Origin: a phage
Direction: 5' to 3' (one strand)
Length of the DNA: 64,000 bases
NCBI GenBank assembly: GCA_012112355.1
Contig: GCA_012112355.1_3028.1
Shown: positions 47,885 to 57,979 of the stretch, piece by piece
How the letters are laid out: every line of letters starts with the position of its first letter
How positions within the stretch are numbered: position 1 is the first letter of the stretch
Program-made: the position numbers and the translations under genes
Notes under the pieces: generated by a model
Told to the model about the DNA's origin: nothing
Seen by the model: the letters and a program-made list of their open reading frames with translations, nothing else
The model's database searches: none

Positions 47885-48121
47885 TCAAATGCAAGTAGTA
47901 ATTACTCCAGTAGTGCTTATGCAGGTATTACCCATTTGCACACCTAAAGATCCATTTGTATTCACATGAAGATTATCATCAATTTTAACTGATATTTTAC
48001 CATTAGTGTGAATAACAGTGCTAGATTCAATCACAGGTTGAGTATCATTTTCAACACTAACAAATGGAACTGCTGCTAATGCAACTAAACAAACTGCTAA
48101 GCATCCCATAACAATTTTCAT
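47885..48121 (-). CDS. predicted secreted small protein
   Basis: Track ORF 47885..48175; likely start at the internal ATG (MKIVMGCLAVCLVALAAVPFVSVEN signal-like N-terminus), because a promoter element overlaps the N-terminal extension. Confidence 0.45.
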   Translation of the reverse strand: MKIVMGCLAVCLVALAAVPFVSVENDTQPVIESSTVIHTNGKISVKIDDNLHVNTNGSLGVQMGNTCISTTGVITTCI

Positions 48122-48153
48122 TTTATTCTCCAAATCCGTATTAGTTGATAGTT

Positions 48154-48183
48154 GTATAGTACCATGGAAGAACATTCTTGTAA
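48154..48183 (-). promoter_or_regulatory. T4-type early promoter
   Basis: GTTTAC-aagaatgttcttccatgg-TACTAT on the minus strand. Confidence 0.45.
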
Positions 48184-48271
48184 ACAGTTTTGTGAAAATT
48201 TTTTAGGGAATTCTAAATGTCCAGAATCATCTGTTTTTCATAAGTATAGATTTATATTACTTGTATGAAAA

Positions 48272-48289
48272 AGGGACCCGGAGGTCCCT
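48272..48289 (-). terminator. hairpin (agggacc-cggag-gtccct) downstream of gene 43
   Basis: Inverted repeat just 3' of the gene 43 stop on the minus strand. Confidence 0.45.
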
Positions 48290-48301
48290 AGATTTATTCT
48301 A

Positions 48302-50998
48302 TCAGCCAAACAGGAAGTCTAACGAAGCTTTTTCTTCATAGTCCATACCAGCCGATTCACACATGCCCGCAAGCGGTTTAACAAACGATTTTTGGAACAA
48401 AGTTGAGTAGTCAATCCAAGACAGTACGTCAGAACGAATTTCTTTTGGAAGTTCTGTACCCGACGGCCAAGCAATGCATTTGTCACCAAATGGATTTCCT
48501 TCACGCAATGGAAGAACCATTACTTTATTTCCATCCAAAATTGGAGCTACACCTAAACCGCTAACAGCTCGACGATAAGTTAGCACACCACGAATATGGA
48601 ACGGACATTTAAATCCTGGCCAACCTTTATCATCATATTTCGCTATATCGTTCGCAGTTTTTACTTCAGCAATAACTTTATAGTCAAGTTGACGATATTC
48701 TTTCTCGAAGTTCTTGTAATATTCTTGGACAGACTCTTCACCTTCCTGAAGAATACGACGAATACTTTCTTCGAGAGCTTCTTGGACCGCTTTAGGCGTT
48801 GAACTCTGCTGAGTTTCCATACCCATGATTTTTAGATGTGGTTCAGCAAAACGCTTATCTTCCATATCATAAACGTTCAGAGCATAACGCTTTTTCGCTT
48901 TCCAAAATCCACCAACGCCCTTTGAACCAAGTGGAGGGCAAGAAATAGCTTCACGGTCCATATGCATCAGATGCTCGCGGTTATTCATATAATCACATAA
49001 CTCACGATATGCAACATCAATCATAGGTTCCATCTTTTTCTTACCGAACTGATTCATGAATTCAACTAAATCGTTCTGCTCTTTGAATCGGTCAAGACCA
49101 ACTTTTTCAATAACTTTATCTACACAAACATATACCGAATCAGTATCACCTGCTGCAATGAAATCTTCGCCATTAGTTCCGCATACTTTATTCAGATATT
49201 CATTAATTTTACGAGCAATCCACTGAATACCAACTTGGCCGAAAATTGTGATAGCAGTAGCATTTCGCAAATCATAGTAACGGAAATGAATATTACCAAG
49301 AGCACCATAAAGACTGTTAATAAGAATTTTACGGTTCAGCTGATTTGTGTTAGCAAGTGTAGCTGCTTTTTCACATTCTTCGATCAGACTATTAAGAACA
49401 GATTCAGTGTAATTCGATAATTCATTTAAGAAATCATCACTGAACTTAACATATCGTTCAACTTCAGGTTTAGTTGAACAAGACCCTGCGCCTTTCATAA
49501 TAATCTTTTTAATAGCTTCGGCATTCATTTCTTCAGCGAACATTTTCTTTTTCCAATCTTTACGCTGGAAAAATACTTTAGCGATTTCCTTTGGAATGAT
49601 ACCTTCTTGATGCTTATCATACATCCATCCATTCGGAGAACAAGAATATTCATCACTTGGTTTAGGAGCTGTTCCTGCGATATATTCATGAATTGGATGA
49701 ACTTTAAACTGACCACGAATAGTCTCAGGACTAATGTTAACCTGACGAATAATGCTCGGATACAGAGACGTCAAGTCAAAACTCATAATATATCGACGAG
49801 CAATTGGTTTAGGTTCAAACACAAATGCACCCGGAAAACTCTGTTTAACATGCGAACCTTGTTGAGGAATAACTTTATGTTCACCTTTCAATGAGTTAAA
49901 AATAATAGCATCCCAGGTTTTAATAGGACTCATTACGCCAGAAAAAGGCATTTTAGCGTAATAAGACATACTTAAAACTAGATCGATAAACCCGCGAATT
50001 TTATCAATTGCTTGAACTGATTCTACGTCAATGATGTTATAACTAATGTATCGTTGATGATTAGTCTCACGAAGTTTATTAATAGGACCGTCGTATGGTA
50101 ATTTACCTTTTTTGGTTTCATGCTGAGCAACTGATTCCAAAGAGAATGACGGCAAATTAGTAAATGCGAATTTCTTATACAAATCTAAATAATCAAGAAT
50201 AGATACGCCATCAATAGAATAAATTTCTTTGCTACCGTACATATTTTGGATAAGTTTAGATTTTACTCGACCGATTGGAGAGAAGCGTTTCATACTACGT
50301 TCACCGAGAACCATTTTAACGCGATTCATGATATACGGAACGTCAAATCCCTCAATATTCCAACCAGTAAAAATAGCAGGTCGTTTCTGTTCCCAAAGAT
50401 TAATATATTCCATGAGCATATCACGCTCATTATCGAATGGCATATAAATTACTCGGTCAAGAATTTCTTGAGGAACTTCATCACCACCTTCACAGTCAAG
50501 CTTAGCAGCTAACTTTGCATCCCATTTTGATACTGAACCATACATTGAATTCAAAAGGTCGAAAACATAAAAACGATCATCAATTGAATCGTAATGAGTG
50601 ATAGCATCAATTTCATATTCAGCTTTCATTGGGTCCGGAAATTTATCACCAGTAACCTCAATGTCGCAGTTAGCTACACGAACAAATTTTCGGTCATAAA
50701 CAATTTCTGAACCATACGTATCACTGATATAAGCGAGTTTAAAATCGTTCATACCGAGAGCTTCGAGACCGATGTCTTCCATTCGCTTCATCCAATCTCG
50801 AGCATCTTTCATTGATGGAAATTTTTGAGGAGCGCAGTTTTTACCATAGATGTCTTTGTATTTTGACTCTTCCTTACAATGCCTAAACATAGTCGGAAGA
50901 TATTCTACTTCACGAGTACGTTCCTTTCCGTTTTCATCAATATAACGTTCAACAATGTTATTTCCAACTGTTTCGATAGAGATATAAAATTCTTTCAT
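48302..50998 (-). CDS. 43: DNA polymerase gp43 (family B)
   Basis: 898 aa as T4 gp43; MKEFYISIETVGNNIVERYIDENGKERTREVEYLPTMFRHCKEESKYKDIYG. Confidence 0.95.
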   Translation of the reverse strand: MKEFYISIETVGNNIVERYIDENGKERTREVEYLPTMFRHCKEESKYKDIYGKNCAPQKFPSMKDARDWMKRMEDIGLEALGMNDFKLAYISDTYGSEIVYDRKFVRVANCDIEVTGDKFPDPMKAEYEIDAITHYDSIDDRFYVFDLLNSMYGSVSKWDAKLAAKLDCEGGDEVPQEILDRVIYMPFDNERDMLMEYINLWEQKRPAIFTGWNIEGFDVPYIMNRVKMVLGERSMKRFSPIGRVKSKLIQNMYGSKEIYSIDGVSILDYLDLYKKFAFTNLPSFSLESVAQHETKKGKLPYDGPINKLRETNHQRYISYNIIDVESVQAIDKIRGFIDLVLSMSYYAKMPFSGVMSPIKTWDAIIFNSLKGEHKVIPQQGSHVKQSFPGAFVFEPKPIARRYIMSFDLTSLYPSIIRQVNISPETIRGQFKVHPIHEYIAGTAPKPSDEYSCSPNGWMYDKHQEGIIPKEIAKVFFQRKDWKKKMFAEEMNAEAIKKIIMKGAGSCSTKPEVERYVKFSDDFLNELSNYTESVLNSLIEECEKAATLANTNQLNRKILINSLYGALGNIHFRYYDLRNATAITIFGQVGIQWIARKINEYLNKVCGTNGEDFIAAGDTDSVYVCVDKVIEKVGLDRFKEQNDLVEFMNQFGKKKMEPMIDVAYRELCDYMNNREHLMHMDREAISCPPLGSKGVGGFWKAKKRYALNVYDMEDKRFAEPHLKIMGMETQQSSTPKAVQEALEESIRRILQEGEESVQEYYKNFEKEYRQLDYKVIAEVKTANDIAKYDDKGWPGFKCPFHIRGVLTYRRAVSGLGVAPILDGNKVMVLPLREGNPFGDKCIAWPSGTELPKEIRSDVLSWIDYSTLFQKSFVKPLAGMCESAGMDYEEKASLDFLFG

Positions 50999-50999
50999 A

Positions 51000-51045
51000 G
51001 ATATTCCTTAGTTTATAGCCCGAGTTATTAGGCTCTTGATATATT
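51000..51045 (-). promoter_or_regulatory. gene 43 translational operator hairpin plus Shine-Dalgarno
   Basis: mRNA-sense aagagcc-uaauaa-cucgggcu-auaaacuaaggaauaucu-AUG, matching the T4 gp43 autoregulatory operator as I recall it. Confidence 0.5.
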
Positions 51046-51056
51046 ATACTCCAAAT

Positions 51057-51074
51057 AAGGGGCCGAAGCCCCTT
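51057..51074 (-). terminator. hairpin (aaggggc-cgaa-gcccctt) between the 43.1-like ORF and gene 43
   Basis: GCCGAAGC-type stem-loop (UUCG tetraloop in the minus-strand transcript). Confidence 0.45.
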
Positions 51075-51078
51075 TGCT

Positions 51079-51315
51079 TTAAATTTCTACTGTACAACGC
51101 GATATAACGGACTTGCCATCTTTATTTGTGGTTTTGATAATCGCATGAAATGCGCGTTGGCGTGGGTAAACTAATCGTTGGAATTCTTTTTGGAATTCTA
51201 TTTGTTTATCTTCCGGGAGATCAAAAACCAGTTGGGTAGAAGACAGACCATATGTTTGTTTTAGATTTTCGAATATTAGAAAAGCTTCGGTAAACTGAAT
51301 CTCTGATTGTGTCAT
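51079..51315 (-). CDS. hypothetical protein between regA and gene 43
   Basis: Track ORF 51079..51366 overlaps regA by 40 nt; the internal ATG (MTQSEIQFTEAFLIFENLKQ...) gives ~78 aa. Confidence 0.4.
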   Translation of the reverse strand: MTQSEIQFTEAFLIFENLKQTYGLSSTQLVFDLPEDKQIEFQKEFQRLVYPRQRAFHAIIKTTNKDGKSVISRCTVEI

Positions 51316-51325
51316 ATAATTTACC

Positions 51326-51694
51326 TTAATTACCAATCGTATATTTAGGAACGAGTTTCCATTCATGTTTTTGTTTAAAAGAAATAACTCGGAAGTTATT
51401 AGTTAAATCTTTCATAAAAGTTCTTTGACCAGGAACGATTTCAATCAGTCCCCAATCTTCTAACAGCCATGCAATCGAATCACGACGAACTTCATCTTCT
51501 TCTGTCATTTCAACTTGACGGCCATCCATACGAAGCATTTCTTTAAAATGAACGATATAGTATAGTCCTTTTTTCTGAAGAATATGACAGGACTGATACA
51601 GAACTTTATCTTTATTATTAGCAATTCCCATACGAGTCAAAGTTTCTTTTACTTTCAGAAAATCTTCAGGTTTTTTAAGAGTAATTTCAATCAT
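51326..51694 (-). CDS. regA: translational repressor RegA
   Basis: 122 aa as T4 RegA; MIEITLKKPEDFLKVKETLTRMGIANNKDKVLYQSCHILQKKGLYYIVHFKEM. Confidence 0.9.
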   Translation of the reverse strand: MIEITLKKPEDFLKVKETLTRMGIANNKDKVLYQSCHILQKKGLYYIVHFKEMLRMDGRQVEMTEEDEVRRDSIAWLLEDWGLIEIVPGQRTFMKDLTNNFRVISFKQKHEWKLVPKYTIGN

Positions 51695-51695
51695 T

Positions 51696-52259
51696 TTACC
51701 ATTCCAATGCTAGTTTTTTGAGTTGTTTCTGTTCTTTTACGTTCTTAGTCACTTCTTTCAAAAAATCATCCGTGACTAATCCTTTAAGTTCTTTTAATAC
51801 TAAAGGTAGTTTTCCATTTTTAGTAAGAATTGATTTATAGTTAATTGCATCATTTGTATTAACTTGATACCGCTTAGCAAGTAACTTAATAATCAATACT
51901 TCGGTGGAATCTTCGACTAGTTTTGCCCATTTACCATATCTTTTACCACGAGGAACTGCAGCCATCAGATAATTAAAATGGGCTTCATCACTTAAACCTG
52001 ATCCAATTAAATTCATAGCATATACAGCTGGCATGCACTCTGGAAATTGTGATAATGCATTTTCGACCATGAATTTTGAATAATCTTTTTGAGCAATAGA
52101 GCATTTAGTTTTATTATTAATAGCTCCAATTATTTCAAAAAATTCATTTTCAGCTTTTTCTTTAAAAGAATCAGCAGCGGATTGGACAGCTGTCCAATCT
52201 TTTGAATACCAAGCAACTTGATGCTCGTTTAATTGAATATCATCTTCAAATAAGCTCAT
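51696..52259 (-). CDS. 62: clamp loader small subunit gp62
   Basis: 187 aa as T4 gp62; start coupled to the gene 44 stop. Confidence 0.85.
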   Translation of the reverse strand: MSLFEDDIQLNEHQVAWYSKDWTAVQSAADSFKEKAENEFFEIIGAINNKTKCSIAQKDYSKFMVENALSQFPECMPAVYAMNLIGSGLSDEAHFNYLMAAVPRGKRYGKWAKLVEDSTEVLIIKLLAKRYQVNTNDAINYKSILTKNGKLPLVLKELKGLVTDDFLKEVTKNVKEQKQLKKLALEW

Positions 52260-52260
52260 A

Positions 52261-53235
52261 TCACTTCCACTGCATTTCGCATGCTAATTGAATGAAAAGA
52301 TAAACTAAATGTAATTCAGTGTTAGCTGCAATTCCATGATACTGATTATTTTCACCAACAATTTCGTACATACGAATAATACTTTGTGGAGTTACACGTG
52401 AATAGATTTCTTCGGCAAGTTTACCCACGAACCACGAATAATCAGCTGCATATTTTGGTGCTAAAGCTCTGAGTTGTTTAACATCTTTATTTTTGAGAGA
52501 CTCAAGAACATCATCAATAGCACCACGATCGTTAGTAACCAGTGATAAAATACCAGCATCCAAAACACCTTTAGATGAATAACTATCGAGCTCGCCAATA
52601 GTTTTACGAAAATCAGGAAAATTCTTTTTAACCAAAGCTGCTACAACTTTCATATCAGCTATAGCAATACCTTCATGTTTACAGATTTCAGTCAATCGAC
52701 GAATCATCTGCTTCATCATTTCAATTTTATCTTCATCGGTCGGTTGACCGAACGTAATAACTCGGCAGCGTGACTGAAGTGGTTTAATAATACCATCAAT
52801 ATTGTTAGCAGTAATAATAATACTACAGTTCGAACTATAAGCTTCCATAAAGGAACGAAGATGTCGCTGAGACTCTGCTAGCCCTGAACGGTCAAATTCA
52901 TCAATAACGATTACTTTTTGACGACCATCAAATGAAGCTGCACTAGCAAAATTAGTCAAAGGACCACGAACGAAATCAATTTTACAGTCTGATCCATTCA
53001 CAAACATCATATCAGCATTTACATCATGACACAATGCTTTTGCTACAGTTGTTTTACCTGTTCCTGGAGAAGGAGAATGAAGAATAATATGTGGAATTTT
53101 ACCTTTACTTGTAATAGATTTAAAGGTTTCTTTATCAAAGGCGGGAAGAATACATTCATCGATAGTAGATGGACGATATTTCTGTTCAAGAATGTGTTCT
53201 TTTTCATTTACGGTAATCATAATTTCCTCATTCAA
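52261..53235 (-). CDS. 44: clamp loader ATPase gp44 (AAA+)
   Basis: 324 aa; Walker [11 protein letters not shown]; T4 gp44. Confidence 0.9.
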   Translation of the reverse strand: MNEEIMITVNEKEHILEQKYRPSTIDECILPAFDKETFKSITSKGKIPHIILHSPSPGTGKTTVAKALCHDVNADMMFVNGSDCKIDFVRGPLTNFASAASFDGRQKVIVIDEFDRSGLAESQRHLRSFMEAYSSNCSIIITANNIDGIIKPLQSRCRVITFGQPTDEDKIEMMKQMIRRLTEICKHEGIAIADMKVVAALVKKNFPDFRKTIGELDSYSSKGVLDAGILSLVTNDRGAIDDVLESLKNKDVKQLRALAPKYAADYSWFVGKLAEEIYSRVTPQSIIRMYEIVGENNQYHGIAANTELHLVYLFIQLACEMQWK

Positions 53236-53254
53236 GTTTTAGTGTAAATTATAA

Positions 53255-53268
53255 AGGGCCGAAGCCCT
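53255..53268 (-). terminator. hairpin (agggc-cgaa-gccct) between genes 45 and 44
   Basis: GCCGAAGC stem-loop in the 36-nt 45-44 spacer. Confidence 0.45.
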
Positions 53269-53271
53269 CTA

Positions 53272-53958
53272 TTAAAAATCGTGGGTAGAATCAGCTTCAA
53301 GAGCTACTACATAATTCGCGTGTTCACCTTCAAATTTAGCAGCACCTTGTTTACCTTTTGCCCAGAGCAGAAGTTTATAATTTCCTGGTTGCATTTTCAT
53401 ATTTGCCATATTGATAATGAAATTAAATGTATTTTCACCATCATAATCACCAAGAGTCAAAGAATATTTAACACGGGTAAGAGCAGAATCTTCTACTTTA
53501 TTAAAACCGTTAATTACGATTTTACCTTCTTTTACCGTGATAGCAATTGTATCAATCTGCAGACCACGAGATACACGCAACAGCTGTTGAAGGTCTTCAG
53601 CTTTAATTTCAGTAACAACAGATGCTACCGGGAATGGAATTGGTTTATTAGGAGCAACTACTGTACTCGGATCGGCTGCTGGCCAAAAAATTGTTGAACG
53701 GGCATCAGCAATTTTAATATTACCATCTTCTGACTGGGAAATTTCTGCATCGTCATTAACTAGAGACAGAATACCGAGAAAACCGTTCAAATCGTAAATC
53801 GCTACATCAAAATCAATAGTGTCAGAAATATTTGCTTCCGCATAAGTTGTACCATTAACTGCGCGAGTCATAATAAATTGACCGGATTTAAGCATAATAC
53901 CAGAGTTAATAGTAGCGAAATTTTTAAGCAGAGCAGTAGTATCTTTAGACAGTTTCAT
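53272..53958 (-). CDS. 45: sliding clamp gp45
   Basis: 228 aa as T4 gp45; MKLSKDTTALLKNFATINSGIMLKSGQFIMTRAVNGTTYAEANISD. Confidence 0.9.
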   Translation of the reverse strand: MKLSKDTTALLKNFATINSGIMLKSGQFIMTRAVNGTTYAEANISDTIDFDVAIYDLNGFLGILSLVNDDAEISQSEDGNIKIADARSTIFWPAADPSTVVAPNKPIPFPVASVVTEIKAEDLQQLLRVSRGLQIDTIAITVKEGKIVINGFNKVEDSALTRVKYSLTLGDYDGENTFNFIINMANMKMQPGNYKLLLWAKGKQGAAKFEGEHANYVVALEADSTHDF

Positions 53959-54013
53959 GTAATTTCCTTCAATTCAAATGAGATTTAATTTTATAACTAA
54001 TTTAATAAAGCAA

Positions 54014-54403
54014 TTAACGATTAAAATCAGCCGCAATTGTTTCCGCAACAATTTGTGCAGCAACAATTAGGCGTTCATCTGCATTACCGCAATAATCATC
54101 TTCAAGGCGTTCACCACATGAAGTCATAATAAATTTAGCACCGGCGTTTAGAGATTCTGTAGTATGTTTGCGCATTAGTTCAATCCATTTATTACTTACT
54201 TCACGATCGATAGCTTCATAATACGCATGACGAGCAGGTGCAGATTTAATTTTGTTCTGAATAACTTCCATTGCGTTATCAGAAAGAGACAAAACCCATG
54301 CTCGACGGATTTTATTTTGGTTTTGTGGATTTGATTCAGAACGCACGTGTTTTGGCTGAATATCTTTTACATCAACAGTATAATTCACAGTAATTTTAGT
54401 CAT
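54014..54403 (-). CDS. rpbA: RNA polymerase-binding protein RpbA
   Basis: 129 aa as T4 RpbA; position upstream of gene 45. Confidence 0.75.
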
Positions 54404-54412
54404 AATACACCT

Positions 54413-54601
54413 TTAGTCATAATAATCAGTAACAGTCCAAGCTTCATTTCTATTGGACATTATTTTTGTATATTCTGCTTTAAATGCATTCCTAAGCATA
54501 GATTCAGTAACTATATGCTCTTCATTAGAAAAATTATTTCTCAGAATATATCGTTTTATTTCAGGAATAGTTAATAGATGCTGTCCAGTTGAATATTCCA
54601 T
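54413..54601 (-). CDS. hypothetical protein (45.2-like)
   Basis: 62-aa ORF between gene 46 and rpbA. Confidence 0.5.
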   Translation of the reverse strand: MEYSTGQHLLTIPEIKRYILRNNFSNEEHIVTESMLRNAFKAEYTKIMSNRNEAWTVTDYYD

Positions 54602-54618
54602 GTTTTTCCTCCATAGAG

Positions 54619-54642
54619 ATTATACTCTAATAAATTAAAGCA
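54619..54642 (-). promoter_or_regulatory. middle (MotA-dependent) promoter: MotA box TGCTTTA, 11-nt spacer, TATAAT
   Basis: Minus-strand sense attaTGCTTTAatttattagagTATAAT upstream of the 45.2-like ORF. Confidence 0.45.
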
Positions 54643-54656
54643 TAATCTCTTATAAA

Positions 54657-56339
54657 TTAAACCATTACAGTAAATCGACCAACTTTCTTCATTTGAAGAT
54701 GCTGACCGTATGCTTGCGGGTCATGGTCTCTATGTGAAATAACAAAAACATTAGTATTTTTTAAACTATCTAAAATAGTTGAAATAGCTTTTACACCTTC
54801 AACGTCGGTCGCTGAATCAAAAACTTCATCAAGAATTAGTGTGTTTATTTTAACACCTGAAACTTTTTCAGCAATATCACGCCAAGTAAATAAAAGAGCA
54901 ATATCAATTCGTGCTTTTTCACCTTGACTAAATGAAGCATAACTAAAATCTTCACGACCACGGGATTTAATTGTCTCATTAAATTCTTCATCTAATGTAA
55001 ACACATAATCCGCTTCCATTATTTTAAGATAATGGTTAATCTGCTTATTAAATAATGGAATGTACTTTTTAATAATAGCACCTTTAATACCAGAATCTTT
55101 GAGCATGTCAGTCAAAATTCCTCTGTGGTATTTTTCCATTACTAAATTAGTTTTTGTCTTAACAATTTTATCAAGTTCTTCTTGAAGCAGTGCTATTTCA
55201 TCAGCATGGTCAATAAACTCGGATGATGCTTTTTCTATAGCTGCTTTAACTTTTTTAGCTTTATCTACCGTCGTGATTAGAGATTGCTTTTTATTGCGAA
55301 TATCATTTGCCAACGTCTGCTGGGTTTTAATATTATCTCGGTATTCATCAACAAGAACTTTTAAATTATCACGATGTGTTGAAAGCTGTTCAAATGAATG
55401 CGTGCATTCAGAAACTTTATCTTTAATTTTAGAAACAACTTTATCACCGGAACTTAATTGTGACAAACAGGTTGGACATAATCCACCTTCGTGATACATA
55501 TTAATGACTTTATTATACGAATCAATTTTCGATTTAATTAAAAATGCTTCTTGACCGATTTTATTAAATGCATCAGTCGGGTCTTCATCCAAAACAATAT
55601 TAACTAATCTTTCGTTAGCTTCTTCTATTTCCGATTTTAGCGTTCTAGCTTCTTTTGCCAAATCATCATACATATTTTGAAGACGTGTAAGGTTGTCACC
55701 CGTTAATTTTTTCTGGCGTTCAACGTTATCATTATATATTTTAATTTGTTGGATAATACTATCTTTTTTAACATCAAGCACTTGGTTTTGTGAATTTAAT
55801 TCACGTATTAGTGCTTTATTAAGCTTATCCATTTCAGCTAATGTTCCTACCTCAAGCAGGTCTTCCACAAGCTTTCTTCGCGCAGGGGTCGACAAACCCA
55901 TGAAAGGGGTATACCCTGCTGTACCAAGGACAACAATCTGCTTGAAACTGGCATATGACATTCCGATAAGCTGTTCAAATTCTGCTTGGAAATCTTTACT
56001 GCTGGCAGATTCATTAAGACGTGTACCGTTAACGGTGATTTCGAAAACGTTTGGTTTTTGTCCTCTTTTGATATAGTACTTTTTCTCATCATATTCCATC
56101 CACAGTTCAACTAAAAGTTCTTTCTTATTTGTGCTGTTTATTAATTGACCTTTCTTTACATCACGAAATGGCTTACCAAAAAGCCCAAATGTGATGGCTT
56201 CTAACATAGTAGACTTACCACCGCCATTTCGTCCAGTAATAAGAGTTTTTTGAACCTTATCTAGTTGAATGTCAATAGGATTTCCACCTACTGACATTAT
56301 ATTTTGATACCTAACTCGGTTTAGTTTAAAATTCTTCAC
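54657..56339 (-). CDS. 46: recombination nuclease subunit gp46 (Rad50/SbcC-like ATPase)
   Basis: 560 aa as T4 gp46; Walker A GRNGGGKST; coiled-coil centre with CPTC hook. Confidence 0.9.
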   Translation of the reverse strand: MKNFKLNRVRYQNIMSVGGNPIDIQLDKVQKTLITGRNGGGKSTMLEAITFGLFGKPFRDVKKGQLINSTNKKELLVELWMEYDEKKYYIKRGQKPNVFEITVNGTRLNESASSKDFQAEFEQLIGMSYASFKQIVVLGTAGYTPFMGLSTPARRKLVEDLLEVGTLAEMDKLNKALIRELNSQNQVLDVKKDSIIQQIKIYNDNVERQKKLTGDNLTRLQNMYDDLAKEARTLKSEIEEANERLVNIVLDEDPTDAFNKIGQEAFLIKSKIDSYNKVINMYHEGGLCPTCLSQLSSGDKVVSKIKDKVSECTHSFEQLSTHRDNLKVLVDEYRDNIKTQQTLANDIRNKKQSLITTVDKAKKVKAAIEKASSEFIDHADEIALLQEELDKIVKTKTNLVMEKYHRGILTDMLKDSGIKGAIIKKYIPLFNKQINHYLKIMEADYVFTLDEEFNETIKSRGREDFSYASFSQGEKARIDIALLFTWRDIAEKVSGVKINTLILDEVFDSATDVEGVKAISTILDSLKNTNVFVISHRDHDPQAYGQHLQMKKVGRFTVMV

Positions 56340-56599
56340 AAAAGATTCCTTTTAATGTATCTTTTAGACCATTCTATCATATCATCATAATCTAAAAAGT
56401 ATTCATCAAATTCAGCCATGCAAACAACACCTTGTGCTGTTTTTGATGTAATATAAATTATTCCAACATATCTAGAATCTTCTTCGGTATAATCAATGTT
56501 TGCTATGAATTCATCATTAATGTCAAATGTCGAAAACTTCACAGTATGCATCCTTAATACAAGATACAGCCATATCTCGTAATGATTTAGGTGTGTCAT
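56336..56599 (-). CDS. hypothetical protein (46.1-like)
   Basis: 87-aa ORF between genes 47 and 46. Confidence 0.45.
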   Translation of the reverse strand: MTHLNHYEIWLYLVLRMHTVKFSTFDINDEFIANIDYTEEDSRYVGIIYITSKTAQGVVCMAEFDEYFLDYDDMIEWSKRYIKRNLL

Positions 56600-56786
56600 T
56601 ATCTAAAATGTTGAAGTTAAAAGATACAGCCCAGTCAGTGCAGACTGTAACCTTTTTAATACAATTATCTTCAACCTCTAGCGGTTCAAACCAATATTCA
56701 ATAATTTCTTTATGACCAATATCATCTTTTACTTCGCATTCAAAATGCTGACTCATCATAACATTTTTAAATTCATCAAAAGTCAT
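56523..56786 (-). CDS. hypothetical protein (46.2-like)
   Basis: 87-aa ORF; overlaps the neighbouring ORF by ~75 nt, so the true start may be internal. Confidence 0.4.
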   Translation of the reverse strand: MTFDEFKNVMMSQHFECEVKDDIGHKEIIEYWFEPLEVEDNCIKKVTVCTDWAVSFNFNILDNDTPKSLRDMAVSCIKDAYCEVFDI

Positions 56787-57802
56787 TGTGTTGCCTCTAC
56801 ATATAGCTGATTTGCATATTGAATAAGTGCTTCACGGTCAGAATCAGTGATGTCTGGAATTGCATTAATGTATTCTTCCATCAATGTCTGAAGCGATTGA
56901 ACTTCAACCTCTTCGCTGTCATCTGACTCGACAGAGTTATCAATCTTTGACACAACTCGTAACGAATGCACAACTTTTTCTAGTTCAGATTCGAACTTCG
57001 TTAGATTTTTGTCTACTTCAGTTACTATAACACGTACTGATAGATTTGTAAAATCTTTATAGTCAATTTTTCCTTTAAATGGATAATGAATTCTACGATG
57101 CCAGGTAGTATTGTTTGGAATAAATTCCATTCGTTCTGTTTCTGTATCAAACATCCAGAACCCACGAGGGTCATTCTCGTCACCTGCAGTTAGTGTCCAT
57201 GGTGTCCCAATATATCTGACGTTTGCAGCCTCAGAAATAGTATGGAAGTGACCAGACCACACTTCTTTATAAGTCTTAAGGAAATCAGGTTCAAGACCGT
57301 GAGATTTCATTCCTTTATAAAAATAAAATCCATTCAGTTCCCAGTGACCAACACAAAAAGAAGCAGATGAAGTTTTGATGTGCTCAAGAATTTCACCAGT
57401 ATTTTCTTCACACATCCAAGGAATTAAATCAATTAAACATCCGTCAAAATCTACTGTTGTAGGCTTATCATATACTTTAACATTGGGATATTTAGCCAAA
57501 AGCTCAGTAGAAGCATTTGGATGCATTACATTTTTGTAGTGGAGATCGTGATTTCCTACAATAGTATGTAATGTGATTCCAGCATCATCAAGCATTTGAA
57601 CTATTTCGCGAGCGAACTCCATAGTTTTATGCGTGATTGCTTTTCGCACATCAAAAATATCGCCGTATTGAATCCATGTAGTAATTCCATTTTTCTTAGA
57701 ATATTCTATTGCTTGTTTAATTCCATCAATTTGAATACCGCGAATCCACTCATCATCAGCTTTAACGCCTAAATGCCAATCACCTAAATTTAAAATTTTC
57801 AT
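56783..57802 (-). CDS. 47: recombination nuclease subunit gp47 (Mre11/SbcD-like)
   Basis: 339 aa as T4 gp47; MKILNLGDWHLG phosphoesterase motif. Confidence 0.9.
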   Translation of the reverse strand: MKILNLGDWHLGVKADDEWIRGIQIDGIKQAIEYSKKNGITTWIQYGDIFDVRKAITHKTMEFAREIVQMLDDAGITLHTIVGNHDLHYKNVMHPNASTELLAKYPNVKVYDKPTTVDFDGCLIDLIPWMCEENTGEILEHIKTSSASFCVGHWELNGFYFYKGMKSHGLEPDFLKTYKEVWSGHFHTISEAANVRYIGTPWTLTAGDENDPRGFWMFDTETERMEFIPNNTTWHRRIHYPFKGKIDYKDFTNLSVRVIVTEVDKNLTKFESELEKVVHSLRVVSKIDNSVESDDSEEVEVQSLQTLMEEYINAIPDITDSDREALIQYANQLYVEATQ

Positions 57803-57961
57803 ATATCAAGAACCGTCATTGAAATGCAAAATAAAATTATTGAAATAAATCCATCTGGAGTGCTAAAGAACCCAATCCAACATGCTCTAGTGAATAGATA
57901 AAATGCAAGAAAAAGTATCACATATCCAAGAAATATCATTATATCAAACTCCGTATAAAGC

Positions 57962-57979
57962 TAAAGGGCCGAAGCCCTT
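57962..57979 (-). terminator. hairpin (aaagggc-cgaa-gcccttt) downstream of a-gt
   Basis: GCCGAAGC stem-loop followed by a T-rich run, overlapping the a-gt stop. Confidence 0.45.
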
